A stretch of 64,000 nt of DNA from Nitrosopumilus sp. (GCA_965249555.1 OZ252243.1:448001-512000); one strand, 5' to 3'; counted from the first letter of the stretch, positions 1 through 10,283 are shown. Made by a program: numbers and translations. The notes: generated by a model not told the origin, from the sequence alone.

Positions 1-437
1 CAAAACACAGACACACTGGAGAGATTGAACAAGAACTCAGCCAAATTGCAGGAAAGAAGATCAAAGTTTCAATGAGTCCACATGCAGTTGATGTAGTTCG
101 CGGAATTTTATGTACAAACCATACATTCATGCAAAAAGACATTGATGAAAAAGAACTGTGGAAATTGTATCGTCAAGCTTATGGTGATGAAAAATTTATC
201 AGACTTATTCGTGACAAAAATGGACTATACAAATTCCCAGATCCAAAGTTCTTGGTTGGTTCAAACTTTTGTGATATTGGATTTGATATAGACGAGGACA
301 ATAACAGATTGATTGCATTATCGGCATCAGATAACTTGATGAAAGGTGCAGCAGGTTCTGCCATTCAAAATATGAATGTGATGTGCGGTTTTGATGAAAT
401 GGATGGACTAAGATATACTCCATTAACTCCTGTTTAG
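1..437 (+). CDS. lysY: LysY/ArgC [LysW]-aminoadipyl/glutamyl-phosphate reductase, 5'-truncated by the window edge
   Basis: Open frame from position 3 (KHRHTGEIEQEL...). ArgC C-terminal motifs GSNFCDIG and DNLMKGAAGSAIQNMN. Heads the lys/arg cluster. Confidence 0.92.
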   Translation, partial: KHRHTGEIEQELSQIAGKKIKVSMSPHAVDVVRGILCTNHTFMQKDIDEKELWKLYRQAYGDEKFIRLIRDKNGLYKFPDPKFLVGSNFCDIGFDIDEDNNRLIALSASDNLMKGAAGSAIQNMNVMCGFDEMDGLRYTPLTPV

Positions 438-439
438 AA

Positions 440-1243
440 ATGATCACAATCAAAATTGGTGGAAGTGTAGTAGATAATTTACATCCATCTACAATTGCAG
501 ATATTAAAAAGATGGCAAAATCAGAAGGGGTGATTTTAGTTCATGGTGGTGGGAAGGAAGTCACAAAAGTTTGTAAACAACTTGGAAAAGAACCAAAGTT
601 TGTAACATCACCTAGTGGAATCAAAAGCAGGTATACGGATAAAGAGACTGCAGAAATTTTCACAATGGTAATGTCGGGTAGAATAAACAAGACAATTGTC
701 CAGTTGCTTCAAAAAAATGGCATTAATGCAATTGGTCTTTCAGGAGTTGATGCCAAAGTTATAGAAGCTGATAGAAAAAAGAAGCTTCTCATAATCAATG
801 AAAAAGGTAGAAAACAAGCAATTGATGGAGGCTACACTGGAAAAATTACCAATGTAAATTCGGAATTCATCAAATTACTCTTAAAACAAGGACTTACACC
901 TGTTATTTCACCCATAGCAATTAGTGAAGAGTCAGAATTTCTCAATGTGGATGGAGACCGGGCTGCAGCATATGTAGCTGGAAAAGTAGGTTGTGACAAA
1001 GTATTATTCATTACAGACGTTGATGGACTATTAATGGATGACAAACTTGTTTCCAAACTAACATTAGCAGAAGCAAAAGAAATCAGACCAAAAATAGGAC
1101 CAGGAATGGAGAAGAAGATTTTAGCAGCTACTGAAGCACTAGATATGGGTGTCAAAGAAGCATTGATTGCAAATGGCCAGAAAGAAAATCCAATATCTTC
1201 TGCAATTGCACATGATAATTGTACGGTGATTGAACATGAGTGA
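440..1243 (+). CDS. lysZ: LysZ/ArgB [LysW]-aminoadipate/glutamate kinase
   Basis: IKIGGS, LVHGGG, NVDGDRAA and GMEKK amino-acid-kinase motifs. Confidence 0.93.
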   Translation: MITIKIGGSVVDNLHPSTIADIKKMAKSEGVILVHGGGKEVTKVCKQLGKEPKFVTSPSGIKSRYTDKETAEIFTMVMSGRINKTIVQLLQKNGINAIGLSGVDAKVIEADRKKKLLIINEKGRKQAIDGGYTGKITNVNSEFIKLLLKQGLTPVISPIAISEESEFLNVDGDRAAAYVAGKVGCDKVLFITDVDGLLMDDKLVSKLTLAEAKEIRPKIGPGMEKKILAATEALDMGVKEALIANGQKENPISSAIAHDNCTVIEHE

Positions 1244-2417
1244 AGATCAATTTATGGGGAATCTCTATCAGAGATTTCCAGTTACAATTGAAAAAGGAGT
1301 TGGAGCTCATGTATGGGATACAGATGGAAAAGAGTACATCGACTGCATGGGAGGATACGGTGTAGCATTAGTAGGTCATCAAAATCAAAGAGTCAACAAT
1401 GCAATTAAAGTACAACTTGATAAAATTATCACTGTTCACAGTTCCTTATACAACAAAACAAGAGAAGAGTTTTTGAAAATACTAATTGGACTAGCTCCCA
1501 AAGGACTCACACAAGTTCATCTAAACAATAGTGGAGCAGAAGCAATTGAAGCTGCAATAAAGTTTGCAAGAAAGTTTACAGGTAAAAAAGGAATGGTTGC
1601 AATGAAAGGTTCCTATCACGGAAAATCTTTTGGTGCATTGTCATTAACATTCAATCCAAAATATAGAAAACCATTTCAACCACTTGTTGAAAAAGTTTCT
1701 TTTGCATCTTTTGGAGATATTGAATCACTTCGTTCAATAATTGATGAAGATACAGCATTTGTAATTTTAGAACCAATTCAAGGAGAGAGTGGAATTATTG
1801 TTGCACCTGATGGATTTTTGCAAGAAGTAAGAAAACTTTGCGATGAGAAAGGAATTCTGTTAATTTTTGACGAAATACAAGCCGGTTTAGGTAGAACTGG
1901 ACGATTATGGGCTTGTGATCATTGGAACACTGCACCAGATATTTTATGTCTTGCAAAAGGAATAGCAGGAGGAATACCAATGGGTGTAACTCTTGTAAGA
2001 CCAGACATTCTCTCTTCAATGAGTAAAGGAGAACATTCATCAACATTTGGAGGAAACCCAATTTCTTGTGCAGCAGGGATTGCAGCTCTTAAAGCATTAA
2101 CCGAAGATGGATTGATTGAGAATTCAGAGAAGATGGGGAAAATTTTCAGAGAAGGATTAGAAAAATTAAAAGAAAAACATACGATGATTAGAGAGATTCG
2201 CGGTAAAGGACTCATGATAGGAATAGAGATGAAATTTGAAATCAAAGACATTCTAATGGGGTTAATAAAAGACGGTATTCTGATGCTATACTCTGGACGA
2301 AACATACTAAGAATTCTTCCACCATTAGTAATATCTGAAGAAGACATAACAAAAGTTTTACATGCTCTTGATTCCATACTAACAGAAGAGGAGCAAAAAC
2401 GTAATGTACAGAGATAA
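1236..2417 (+). CDS. lysJ: LysJ/ArgD class III PLP aminotransferase
   Basis: NSGAEAIE, YHGKS, EPIQGESG, FDEIQAGLGRTG and LAKGIAGG motifs. Operon position. Confidence 0.93.
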   Translation: MSEDQFMGNLYQRFPVTIEKGVGAHVWDTDGKEYIDCMGGYGVALVGHQNQRVNNAIKVQLDKIITVHSSLYNKTREEFLKILIGLAPKGLTQVHLNNSGAEAIEAAIKFARKFTGKKGMVAMKGSYHGKSFGALSLTFNPKYRKPFQPLVEKVSFASFGDIESLRSIIDEDTAFVILEPIQGESGIIVAPDGFLQEVRKLCDEKGILLIFDEIQAGLGRTGRLWACDHWNTAPDILCLAKGIAGGIPMGVTLVRPDILSSMSKGEHSSTFGGNPISCAAGIAALKALTEDGLIENSEKMGKIFREGLEKLKEKHTMIREIRGKGLMIGIEMKFEIKDILMGLIKDGILMLYSGRNILRILPPLVISEEDITKVLHALDSILTEEEQKRNVQR

Positions 2418-2823
2418 AGTAGACGAAAAGATCATAGAATATCTAAAAGAAAATTCTAGAGAATCATTTGTGGACATTGGAAAAAAATTAAAGCTTTCTG
2501 AATCAGCTGTAAGAAGACGTGTAAAAAATCTATTAGGAAGTGGAGTAATCAAAAAATTTACTTTAGAACTTGGTGAAGAAAATGCTACTAGTGCAATTGT
2601 TTTAGTTTCAGTAGATTCTGCAACAGATACATTCAAAGTTTCTATGAAACTTACAAAATTAGAAGGAGTGAAAACAGTTTATGAAATTACAGGCCAATAC
2701 GACATTACAGTAATTATCAGTGCAGCAACAATTGTTGAAATTAATAATAGTATTGATGCATTAAGAAAGATTCCAGGTGTAGTTGATACAAATACTGTAA
2801 TTATTTTGAAAAAAGTAATCTAA
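2404..2823 (+). CDS. lysM: Lrp/AsnC-family regulator (LysM-like)
   Basis: N-terminal HTH (LSESAVRRRV) and AsnC C-terminal domain (YEITGQYD), inside the lys operon. Confidence 0.85.
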   Translation: MYRDKVDEKIIEYLKENSRESFVDIGKKLKLSESAVRRRVKNLLGSGVIKKFTLELGEENATSAIVLVSVDSATDTFKVSMKLTKLEGVKTVYEITGQYDITVIISAATIVEINNSIDALRKIPGVVDTNTVIILKKVI

Positions 2824-2939
2824 AACGACTTTCGTTTCATAATTTCAATTCAAAACTAGATTAGGATCATTATTACTTATTTTCAACGAACCTAGTACGA
2901 ATATGTTTATATTCCCAATTTAGGTCAACGATTTCAGTA

Positions 2940-4118
2940 ATGAATGATCCGAATCACTATGCAAATATCTATAACGCATATGAAAAAAATCCAAAGAAGA
3001 TTAGAATTCTAGACAGTACACTAAGAGAAGGGGAACAACACCCAGGTGTTTCATTTACAAACAAACAAAGAATACAGGTTGCATGGATGTTAGATTATTT
3101 TGGAGTTGAACAAATTGAAATCTCACCGGTCATATCAAAAGATCATAAAGAGGCAACTAAGACAATCATCAAACAAGGATTAACTGCAGATATTGTTTCT
3201 CATGGACGTGCTCTTAAAGCAGATATTGATATTTCATTAGATTGTGATGCAAAATGGTGTGCTGCATATTTAGGAATTTCAGATATTCATCTAAAAGATA
3301 AATTACATATTTCAAGAGATGAGGCACTTGACAGAGCAGTAGAGACTGTAGAGTATGCAAAATCTCATGGTCTTAAAATTAGATTTACAGTAGAAGATGG
3401 AAGTAGGGCAGAACCAGAATTTTTACTCAAAGTATGTAAAGCAATTGAAGAAGCAGGAGTTGATAGAATTAGTCTTCCAGATACAGTGGGAATTTTACGC
3501 CCTATTGGAATGTATAATTTTGTTAAGAAGGTTAGAGAGGTAGTAAGTGTACCATTAGATGCACACGTTCACAATGATATTGGATTTGCAGTAGCAAATG
3601 CTTTTTCAGCATGTGATGCAGGAGTTGATCAGATTCATACTACTATTGACGGTATTGGAGAAAGAACTGGAATCCCACCACTTGCAGAAGTTGCAGTAGC
3701 GCTTACTTATCTTTACAAATCACCAAACGATTTCAGATTAGACATGTTACTGGATCTGTCTAGATTAATTGAAGATTATACATCAATCAAACCATATGAC
3801 TCAAAACCAATTGTAGGATCATCTGCATACAAACACAAAGCAGGAACACACCTTGCAGCAATTCTTAGAAACCCTGCAGCCTATGAATCCATACCCCCAA
3901 GAGCAGTTGGAAACAGAAGGAGAATTGTCTTTGGGGAATTAGCAGGTAAGACAGGAGCTGCATATCTAATGTCACTATTAGGACTTGAAAAAGACGATGA
4001 AGGTGCAAAAGCAGTTGCAGCTGGATTAAAGAATCTTAGAATGGGTGATCTTATTGAGATTCCACTTGAAGACAGACTTGAAAAGAAGATAATTAATGAC
4101 ACTGATAGTATGTATTAA
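2940..4118 (+). CDS. Homocitrate synthase / LeuA-family DRE-TIM enzyme; last 5 codons appear to be supplied by the inserted island
   Basis: DSTLREGEQ, PDTVG, HVHND, GIGERTG and HKAGTH motifs. Lys cluster context. Confidence 0.88.
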   Translation: MNDPNHYANIYNAYEKNPKKIRILDSTLREGEQHPGVSFTNKQRIQVAWMLDYFGVEQIEISPVISKDHKEATKTIIKQGLTADIVSHGRALKADIDISLDCDAKWCAAYLGISDIHLKDKLHISRDEALDRAVETVEYAKSHGLKIRFTVEDGSRAEPEFLLKVCKAIEEAGVDRISLPDTVGILRPIGMYNFVKKVREVVSVPLDAHVHNDIGFAVANAFSACDAGVDQIHTTIDGIGERTGIPPLAEVAVALTYLYKSPNDFRLDMLLDLSRLIEDYTSIKPYDSKPIVGSSAYKHKAGTHLAAILRNPAAYESIPPRAVGNRRRIVFGELAGKTGAAYLMSLLGLEKDDEGAKAVAAGLKNLRMGDLIEIPLEDRLEKKIINDTDSMY

Positions 4119-4420
4119 ATATTATTAATGTTGGTTCTGTCGGGTTATCGAAGGATAATTCAGAGTAGTCATAATCACGATCTTATTCCGATTCAAAAAT
4201 CAAAATAGAACAAACCGAATAAAGAAATGGGTCAGATTGAAGCCTTTTAATCAAGACCCTTCAGATAAAATCTCTGGCGGGATTTTTCCCTTATTTTCAT
4301 CATTGCCTTTTTGATTCACACAAAACTGGATTCTATTGAATTAGATCATTTTCAAGATTAGCAGAAGTTGAAATGTCTATCATGATATTTAATTAAATTT
4401 GGGTTAAATTAAGAACTATT

Positions 4421-4678
4421 ATGGATGAAAGAAAACCAATCGATTACATACATGAACCAGACAGACAAGAAATTTTGGATTTATATCAAAGGTTAGAGCG
4501 TATATACAAAAAAATCATAATGACTAAAAATCAACTGAAATCTAAACCTAATAGGATCTCCACTACATCTGATCTAATTACTATTTTTGAAATGTTTGAA
4601 TTGTTATATGCTAGTTTACTGGCAGTTAATACTCAACTCAATATTCTTTATACTAGATATTATAAAGATAAAACCTAA
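4421..4678 (+). CDS. Hypothetical helical protein
   Basis: 85-aa ATG ORF with no recognised motif. Confidence 0.5.
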   Translation: MDERKPIDYIHEPDRQEILDLYQRLERIYKKIIMTKNQLKSKPNRISTTSDLITIFEMFELLYASLLAVNTQLNILYTRYYKDKT

Positions 4679-4690
4679 TTATTTCTCACA

Positions 4691-4849
4691 CTAGTGTTTT
4701 ATTTTTGGTATGCCTAATTGTTTTCTCTTTTTTTCATTTAATTTGTTTAATTGTACTATTTCTTTTTCCAACTCTTTTTTCCATTCATCATTTAGTGGTG
4801 CTTTTGACTTTAGTTTTTTTACTATTTTATCTAGACAATCACATATCAT
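4691..4849 (-). CDS. Small basic hypothetical protein (52 aa, MICDCLDKIVKK...)
   Basis: Manually translated ATG-TAG ORF below the track cut-off. Confidence 0.3.
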   Translation of the reverse strand: MICDCLDKIVKKLKSKAPLNDEWKKELEKEIVQLNKLNEKKRKQLGIPKIKH

Positions 4850-4888
4850 ATGTAAAATCTAGTTAGATGATAAATTAAGAACTATGTG

Positions 4889-5167
4889 TTATTTGTCAAG
4901 ATAAAAATTAACAAATGTTATAATTTCTTGTTTGAATTCGTAAATTATTACCCACCCACTAGTAAATTTTATTTTTTTAAATTCTTTTTCTGGACATGTT
5001 GCTGTACCTCCTATTTCTAAAGGAGTAGGATGATTTGCAATCTTTATTGTGTATTCATAAATATCTCTTTGGTCAAGTTGTAAAGTTATAAAATCATATT
5101 TTGTAGAAAACCTGTCTGAATAACTACGCTTCCATCTTGTATTTGGATTATCTGTGTTAAATGACAT
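4889..5167 (-). CDS. RelE/ParE-like toxin
   Basis: 92 aa with a YS..F / I..HP...G / WVIIYEF..IITF pattern. Small acidic ORF directly upstream. Confidence 0.5.
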   Translation of the reverse strand: MSFNTDNPNTRWKRSYSDRFSTKYDFITLQLDQRDIYEYTIKIANHPTPLEIGGTATCPEKEFKKIKFTSGWVIIYEFKQEIITFVNFYLDK

Positions 5168-5176
5168 GTTTGATAA

Positions 5177-5314
5177 TTAATGATTAATATCGGGTTTATT
5201 TTTTAGACCCAACTTTTGATCTATTTTGTATTGTACTACAATATCAGTATCTTTATCGTCCCACGAAGTTTCAACAATCATTGCCTCCAACTCTTTGCTT
5301 GAATCATTCATCAT
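5177..5314 (-). CDS. Putative antitoxin (45 aa, acidic)
   Basis: MMNDSSKELEAMIVETSWDDKD... ends 9 nt before the RelE-like start. Confidence 0.35.
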   Translation of the reverse strand: MMNDSSKELEAMIVETSWDDKDTDIVVQYKIDQKLGLKNKPDINH

Positions 5315-6047
5315 ATACTAAATTAATAGTGAATAATTAACTCTTTATTTTCTTTGTGTTGTTTTTACTGATCTAATTGTAACATGATTATGTCTAAAAC
5401 ATGCTTAGGTTTATGATCCATGCTTTACGAAAATTGTTGGCCTTATCCGCACATTCATTGCCTCTACTAGTTCTCCTCTAAACTTTTCATGTCTTCTCTG
5501 TGTGAATATATCTGATATTGCACAAAGCGGATTACTGCCACTGGAATCTCGCAGTTGAACATTTTTTTCCAGTATGGATAATGCCATATTTGTAAGACTA
5601 TAATTTCTCTTGAGTATCTTGTGGTGTCGGCCATCTGTGACTATTATTGCCCAGAATTCTAACTCTCGCTTTTGTCCTCTTGGATTTAATTCTGTTCCTG
5701 ATTCTCTAAGAGATTTAGTTCCGAAAATAATTTCGAGGGAGGATATTACTAAACTATATCTTGCCATACCAAATATTGTTCGTGCTAAAAATATCGCTAA
5801 TAAAATATATAGATTAGATTCTCAACTAAAAAAACATTATATTTCGTTATTATCGCATTATCCTAAAATGTCCCATTCTAAACTTTTCAAAATTGCTAAA
5901 TCTTCTATGGTTCGTCAAAAGGTATCTATAAAATTATCAAAAACTATTGCTAAAAATCTAATGTTAAAAGCAGAAAAAAATAATCTATCTTCTAATGATA
6001 TGGAAAAAAGAATTTTATATAGTTATCTAAAGTTCTAATTGTAGATA

Positions 6048-6947
6048 TTGTCACTAACAAGTTTACTATCTATTCAAGAAATTAGGCAAAAATTTAATGA
6101 GACATTTTGCAGACCTAAGGTAAAACTTGAAGGTAAAATTTTAGCAACACCTCAAACAAAAAATTACTCTTTGATTGGTACTGCCTTTGATTATTTAGTT
6201 AGATTTTACATTAAATATGAAAAACCTGATGCAATATCCAGTAAATGGGTTGCAGAAAGTGGATTAGAACAATTAAAACTGTACAGTGGTAAATATGCAC
6301 ATGAAGTTGATTTAGAAAAAAAGACAATAAAGTTAGTACTAAATGAAGATAGTAAAATAAATTCTAATAATTCCAAATACAAAGATTTAGAGATATCTGA
6401 AAAAAACTTTGAAGAGGCTAAACAAAATTATGAATCATATCTTAAATCTGGTAAAATAACAAAGGAATTAATCAAATCTACGATACATCTAGCACAATTA
6501 GATTTTGTATATCGTTCTGGGCGTATCATATTTTCTGATGTTGTTGATCAAGACATACAGGATTTAGAGAATCTTATCAAAGTATTCAAAGATAAAAAAC
6601 TATTTTCAAAAAAATCTACAATTTATTTGAACCCAACTTTTGGTGAGGCTTCGCATCTTGTTGGAGGTGCAGATGCAGATTTAATCATAAATGATACACT
6701 AATAGACATCAAAACAACAAAATTTCTTAAATTTGATCAAAAAATGTATAACCAAATCATCGGATATTATCTTTTGTCAAAAATTGGAAAAATCAATGGT
6801 ACAAGTGAAATAAAGATTAACACTATCGGTATTTATTTCTCCAGACATGGATTGTTATATACATTACCTGTTAGTGTGATAGAAAGTAAAACAAATATTA
6901 AAAAATTTCTAATATGGTTTATGAAAATATCTCTAAAATACAAATAA
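6048..6947 (+). CDS. PD-(D/E)XK nuclease (Cas4/RecB-like)
   Basis: IGTAFDY, GGADADLII..TLIDIKT and QIIGY motifs. Confidence 0.7.
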   Translation: MSLTSLLSIQEIRQKFNETFCRPKVKLEGKILATPQTKNYSLIGTAFDYLVRFYIKYEKPDAISSKWVAESGLEQLKLYSGKYAHEVDLEKKTIKLVLNEDSKINSNNSKYKDLEISEKNFEEAKQNYESYLKSGKITKELIKSTIHLAQLDFVYRSGRIIFSDVVDQDIQDLENLIKVFKDKKLFSKKSTIYLNPTFGEASHLVGGADADLIINDTLIDIKTTKFLKFDQKMYNQIIGYYLLSKIGKINGTSEIKINTIGIYFSRHGLLYTLPVSVIESKTNIKKFLIWFMKISLKYK

Positions 6948-7040
6948 AGATAATTTGAAATATAACTAGAATCTAAAAGGGTAATTTTTTTACTAGATGA
7001 ACCGTTATAGTAATATTATGGCGATATTACTTGATCAGAA

Positions 7041-7811
7041 TTGGGTTTTAAAAAATTTCTTGATGGTGTAAAAGACAAATATGATCAAAGACATGAAAGA
7101 AAACAAAAAGAAGAGGAAAAATTAAAAGAATATAAAAAAACAGTCAATGGACTTTTAGGTAGATTTGAAATTCCTGACTTGGATGATTTTTTTATGAAAT
7201 ATCTTAACGATAAACCCGAATCTGAAATTGAAGAAGAAGAGGATGGAAGAAAAATAGAACAAAGACCAAGTAGAAGAGAGTATATTGATTTTGCTTGGGA
7301 TTATTTGGATGATGAAGATATTACTTATGAGCAATTGAAAAATTTTGCTCTAAAAAAGAGAATTGTATCTCCAAGTTTTTTTAGAACAGTAGATGATTCA
7401 GTAGATGATAACAGTGATTTTGAAGTAATAATAAATTCTATCAAATCTAATTTTGAACCAGAAGCTATTACTAATGAAGAGCATTTAGAAGCACAACTAA
7501 CGATTTTTCTCAAAGCTAAATTCCCAGAAAAAAAAATAAGGCGTCAAGTAACAATTCAAAGAAATGATGTTTTGGATATTTTGGTTGATGACAAATATGC
7601 TTTTGAGTTAAAAGTTCCAAGAGCCAGAGCTGATCTGAGAAATCTTGGCTCACAGCTTGAGGAATATTTAGAACAATATCCTCAGCTTTGTGTTGTGATC
7701 TTTGATGTCAATGAGTCAAATCTAACACAGGACATTATAGATTATTCTAACAAGTATAAACAAAGTTATGGTATTGTTAGTGTTATTTTGGGCGGCATAA
7801 AACGTATCTAA
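7041..7811 (+). CDS. Protein with a C-terminal PD-(D/E)XK restriction-endonuclease-like domain
   Basis: EEHLEAQL...LDILVDDKYAFELK...QLEEY. Charged helical N-terminus. Confidence 0.6.
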   Translation: MGFKKFLDGVKDKYDQRHERKQKEEEKLKEYKKTVNGLLGRFEIPDLDDFFMKYLNDKPESEIEEEEDGRKIEQRPSRREYIDFAWDYLDDEDITYEQLKNFALKKRIVSPSFFRTVDDSVDDNSDFEVIINSIKSNFEPEAITNEEHLEAQLTIFLKAKFPEKKIRRQVTIQRNDVLDILVDDKYAFELKVPRARADLRNLGSQLEEYLEQYPQLCVVIFDVNESNLTQDIIDYSNKYKQSYGIVSVILGGIKRI

Positions 7812-7839
7812 TCAAATGTCTTAATTGAAAACCCAAGAT

Positions 7840-8244
7840 TTAAGTCAATGTTTTTAGATTTATGCTATCAAAATAATAAATAGACATGTCCCCTAACCAT
7901 AATTTATATTTTGAAACATAATATTTCGCAAATTTTTCACTATTACCTAAAACTAGAAATTTTGTCCATCTGTATTTAGAAAATTTATCTAATAATTGCA
8001 TAGCCCATACAGTTGAATTAATATCACTTATTTTTCCTGAAGGGATATTACCACTTTTAGTATATGTCATAAACTTTGCATCTCCCACTATATACAACAC
8101 ATTATTTAGATAATCAAAACTTTTCTCCTTACCATTGATTGATATTTTTTCTTCAGGAAGTGTTGTATTAAATTTATTTTCTAATATTAAACGCATATTT
8201 ATTTCAAAATTTTTTCCTGCCTTTTGTGGAGTTATATTGTTCAA
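7840..8244 (-). CDS. Small PD-(D/E)XK nuclease-like protein
   Basis: GKNFE...KSFDY...VGDAK pattern. Confidence 0.55.
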   Translation of the reverse strand: MNNITPQKAGKNFEINMRLILENKFNTTLPEEKISINGKEKSFDYLNNVLYIVGDAKFMTYTKSGNIPSGKISDINSTVWAMQLLDKFSKYRWTKFLVLGNSEKFAKYYVSKYKLWLGDMSIYYFDSINLKTLT

Positions 8245-8479
8245 ATTCAGTGTTTTTGTTTATTCTAAAAATGATTAAAAGATATCTATCAGACATTATT
8301 GGATTATTGTGAAATGGGTATATTTCTGATGTAGAATATATGTGTATTAAATTTTCGGTTCTGCTAACTTATCGGGTGTAAGCTAGAAATTTTTTTCCCT
8401 GTTAACTGTCGGGTGTTTTTAAGCAGGCATTAAATTTAGTTTTGTTGGCTGTTGTAAGATAGTAAGCAGAAATGCAAAA

Positions 8480-8926
8480 TTGACGGAAATTAATTTTTCT
8501 GGACATGAACTTGCTAATTTAATCAATGAGATTTTATTAGCTAAAGGATTTATCACCAAAGTTTCTTCTTCTGGTCCTGATGGAGGCGTTGATATTCTTG
8601 CAGGATCTGGCTCTTTAGGTTTTGATAGCTCAAAAATTTGTGTTCAGGTAAAGTCTTCTCATAATACTGGAGATGTAAGAATTGTACGTGAATTAGATGG
8701 TGTTGTAAAACATTTCAAAGCAGATTATGGGTTATTAGTTGCATGGGGAGGACTAAACAACAAAGCTCTGCGAGAAATTAACACATCATTTTTTTCAACC
8801 AAACTATGGGATCAAGGAAAAATTGTGAATGAAATTATGGAAAACTATGATAAATTCAGTGATGATATGAAGATAAAATTGCCACTAAAACAGATCTGGT
8901 CTCTAGTTGAAGATATAGATGATTGA
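8480..8926 (+). CDS. Mrr-type restriction endonuclease catalytic domain (probably N-terminally truncated)
   Basis: GPDGGVDILAG...ICVQVK, GLLVAWGG. Confidence 0.8.
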   Translation: MTEINFSGHELANLINEILLAKGFITKVSSSGPDGGVDILAGSGSLGFDSSKICVQVKSSHNTGDVRIVRELDGVVKHFKADYGLLVAWGGLNNKALREINTSFFSTKLWDQGKIVNEIMENYDKFSDDMKIKLPLKQIWSLVEDIDD

Positions 8927-9239
8927 TATTTTCTCATACAACCATTCTCCATTAACTCATTTTGTCTCATCTCCAAGATCCACTTTTGATTCATGCACAA
9001 AATAGTGTTGAGGTATGTAATATCGGATATCTTTTATTTCTCCAAGAAAATTCTGATAGATGTATTTTTTGTATTTGCAGTAGGGGTGATTCTTCAAATA
9101 GAATAGTAGAGGTAGTAGTTGATGAATATCAGGATTGACTGAAAGTATCAGTATATCAGATAGCGTATCTTGGTCAAAGAATGATGAGTGATCACCGTTT
9201 AAGACCCATTTTAAATAACACATAAAATCCATTTTTGAT

Positions 9240-9455
9240 ATGGTTCCAAATATAGATGCAAAAGAGGCCATAGAAAACGCTAGAGAATTTCTAGAGGAAT
9301 TTCATGATTCGTTTAACTTGATATCAACTAAATTAGAAGGTAAAATATGGTTAGTTGTTTGTGATGTTGGTTTTCTCAATAAAGAAATCAAGGAAGTAAA
9401 AGTTGATGCAGATTCTGGGCAGATTTTAGGACATATGGATGTCAACGAAGATTGA
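9240..9455 (+). CDS. Small acidic PepSY-like protein
   Basis: AKEAIENA...WLV...VKVDADSGQI pattern. Overlaps the next gene. Confidence 0.5.
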   Translation: MVPNIDAKEAIENAREFLEEFHDSFNLISTKLEGKIWLVVCDVGFLNKEIKEVKVDADSGQILGHMDVNED

Positions 9456-9831
9456 TGAGGCAGAAAATGATGCAGACAGATTTGCATCTATGGTATTGCA
9501 TTATAGTCATAATGCAGAAAAATATCTGAAAATTAAGGACTACCATAAAGCCAGTGAAATGATGTGGGGTGCAATGTCCTGTGTGATTAAAGCTGTTGCT
9601 GCAAAAGAGAATAAATCAATTAAAAGTCATAGGGATTTAGGAGAATATGTAAGAAATCTGGCAAAACAGCAAAAAGATAAAGAACTTTTTAATTCGTTTT
9701 CAAAAGCAAGTATGTTACATTCAAATTTTTATGAGTCAAATCTTGACCCAAAAACAGTCTTAACAATAATACAAGATGTTTCTAGAACCATTGGTAGACT
9801 AATGCGTAAAATGAAATATAGATCTCCCTAA
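9439..9831 (+). CDS. PaREP1/HEPN-family protein
   Basis: KASEMMWGA, SHRDL and LHSNFY motifs. Confidence 0.75.
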   Translation: MSTKIDEAENDADRFASMVLHYSHNAEKYLKIKDYHKASEMMWGAMSCVIKAVAAKENKSIKSHRDLGEYVRNLAKQQKDKELFNSFSKASMLHSNFYESNLDPKTVLTIIQDVSRTIGRLMRKMKYRSP

Positions 9832-9886
9832 TCAGAAAATTTATCAAGTGATTTCGATTAGAATATTAAACAAAAAATCTATTTCA

Positions 9887-9957
9887 TAATTAGTGGTGTA
9901 GTGTCAGCACGTTCACCTGATAACTGAAAAACACGAGTTAGATTCCCATCTAATCCA
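9887..9957 (+). pseudogene. Degenerate 71-nt tRNA-like element with GAT (Ile-type) anticodon
   Basis: Manual cloverleaf: acceptor (ta)attag/ctaatcc, D gtgt/gcac, anticodon arm ttcac-CTGATAA-ctgaa, damaged T arm acgag-TTAGATT-cccat. Partial second copy at ~9975-10007. Confidence 0.55.
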
Positions 9958-10079
9958 CTAAAAATAAAAAAAGCTAGTGTAATTCTAGCATTTCACCTGA
10001 TAACTGACTAATTCCTACTTTTTAGAGTATAAAAAACTTCGATCAAGGACAGATATTCATCAAAGTTTATGCCCAGTAT

Positions 10080-10283
10080 ATGATGTATTGTGATAAATGT
10101 AAAGAAGAATTCCCTCATAATCCAGCAGGTAATATATGTATAAAATGTGGTAATGAATTAAGAGTTTACAATTATTCTAAACCCGATACAAAAAACATTC
10201 AATCAACAAATAACAAAAACACAAAAAAGATTCTAATTATTGTAGTTGTTAGTATTGTTGTATTAAGTTTAATGTCTGCATGA
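10080..10283 (+). CDS. Zinc-ribbon plus TM protein, probably truncated
   Basis: CDKC...CIKCG, followed by a hydrophobic helix that ends at the stop codon. Confidence 0.5.
   Translation: MMYCDKCKEEFPHNPAGNICIKCGNELRVYNYSKPDTKNIQSTNNKNTKKILIIVVVSIVVLSLMSA

Noticed and set aside
5411-6038. Overlapping opposite-strand ORFs 5411-5767 and 5610-6038
   Set aside because: Neither has a recognisable motif. I cannot tell which, if either, is real, and this is likely decayed sequence.
6048-6947. Cas4 of a CRISPR system or casposon
   Set aside because: No Fe-S cysteines, and no cas1, polB or array in the window.
8957-9271. 104-aa minus-strand ORF
   Set aside because: Overlaps the start of the better-supported PepSY-like gene and has no motif.
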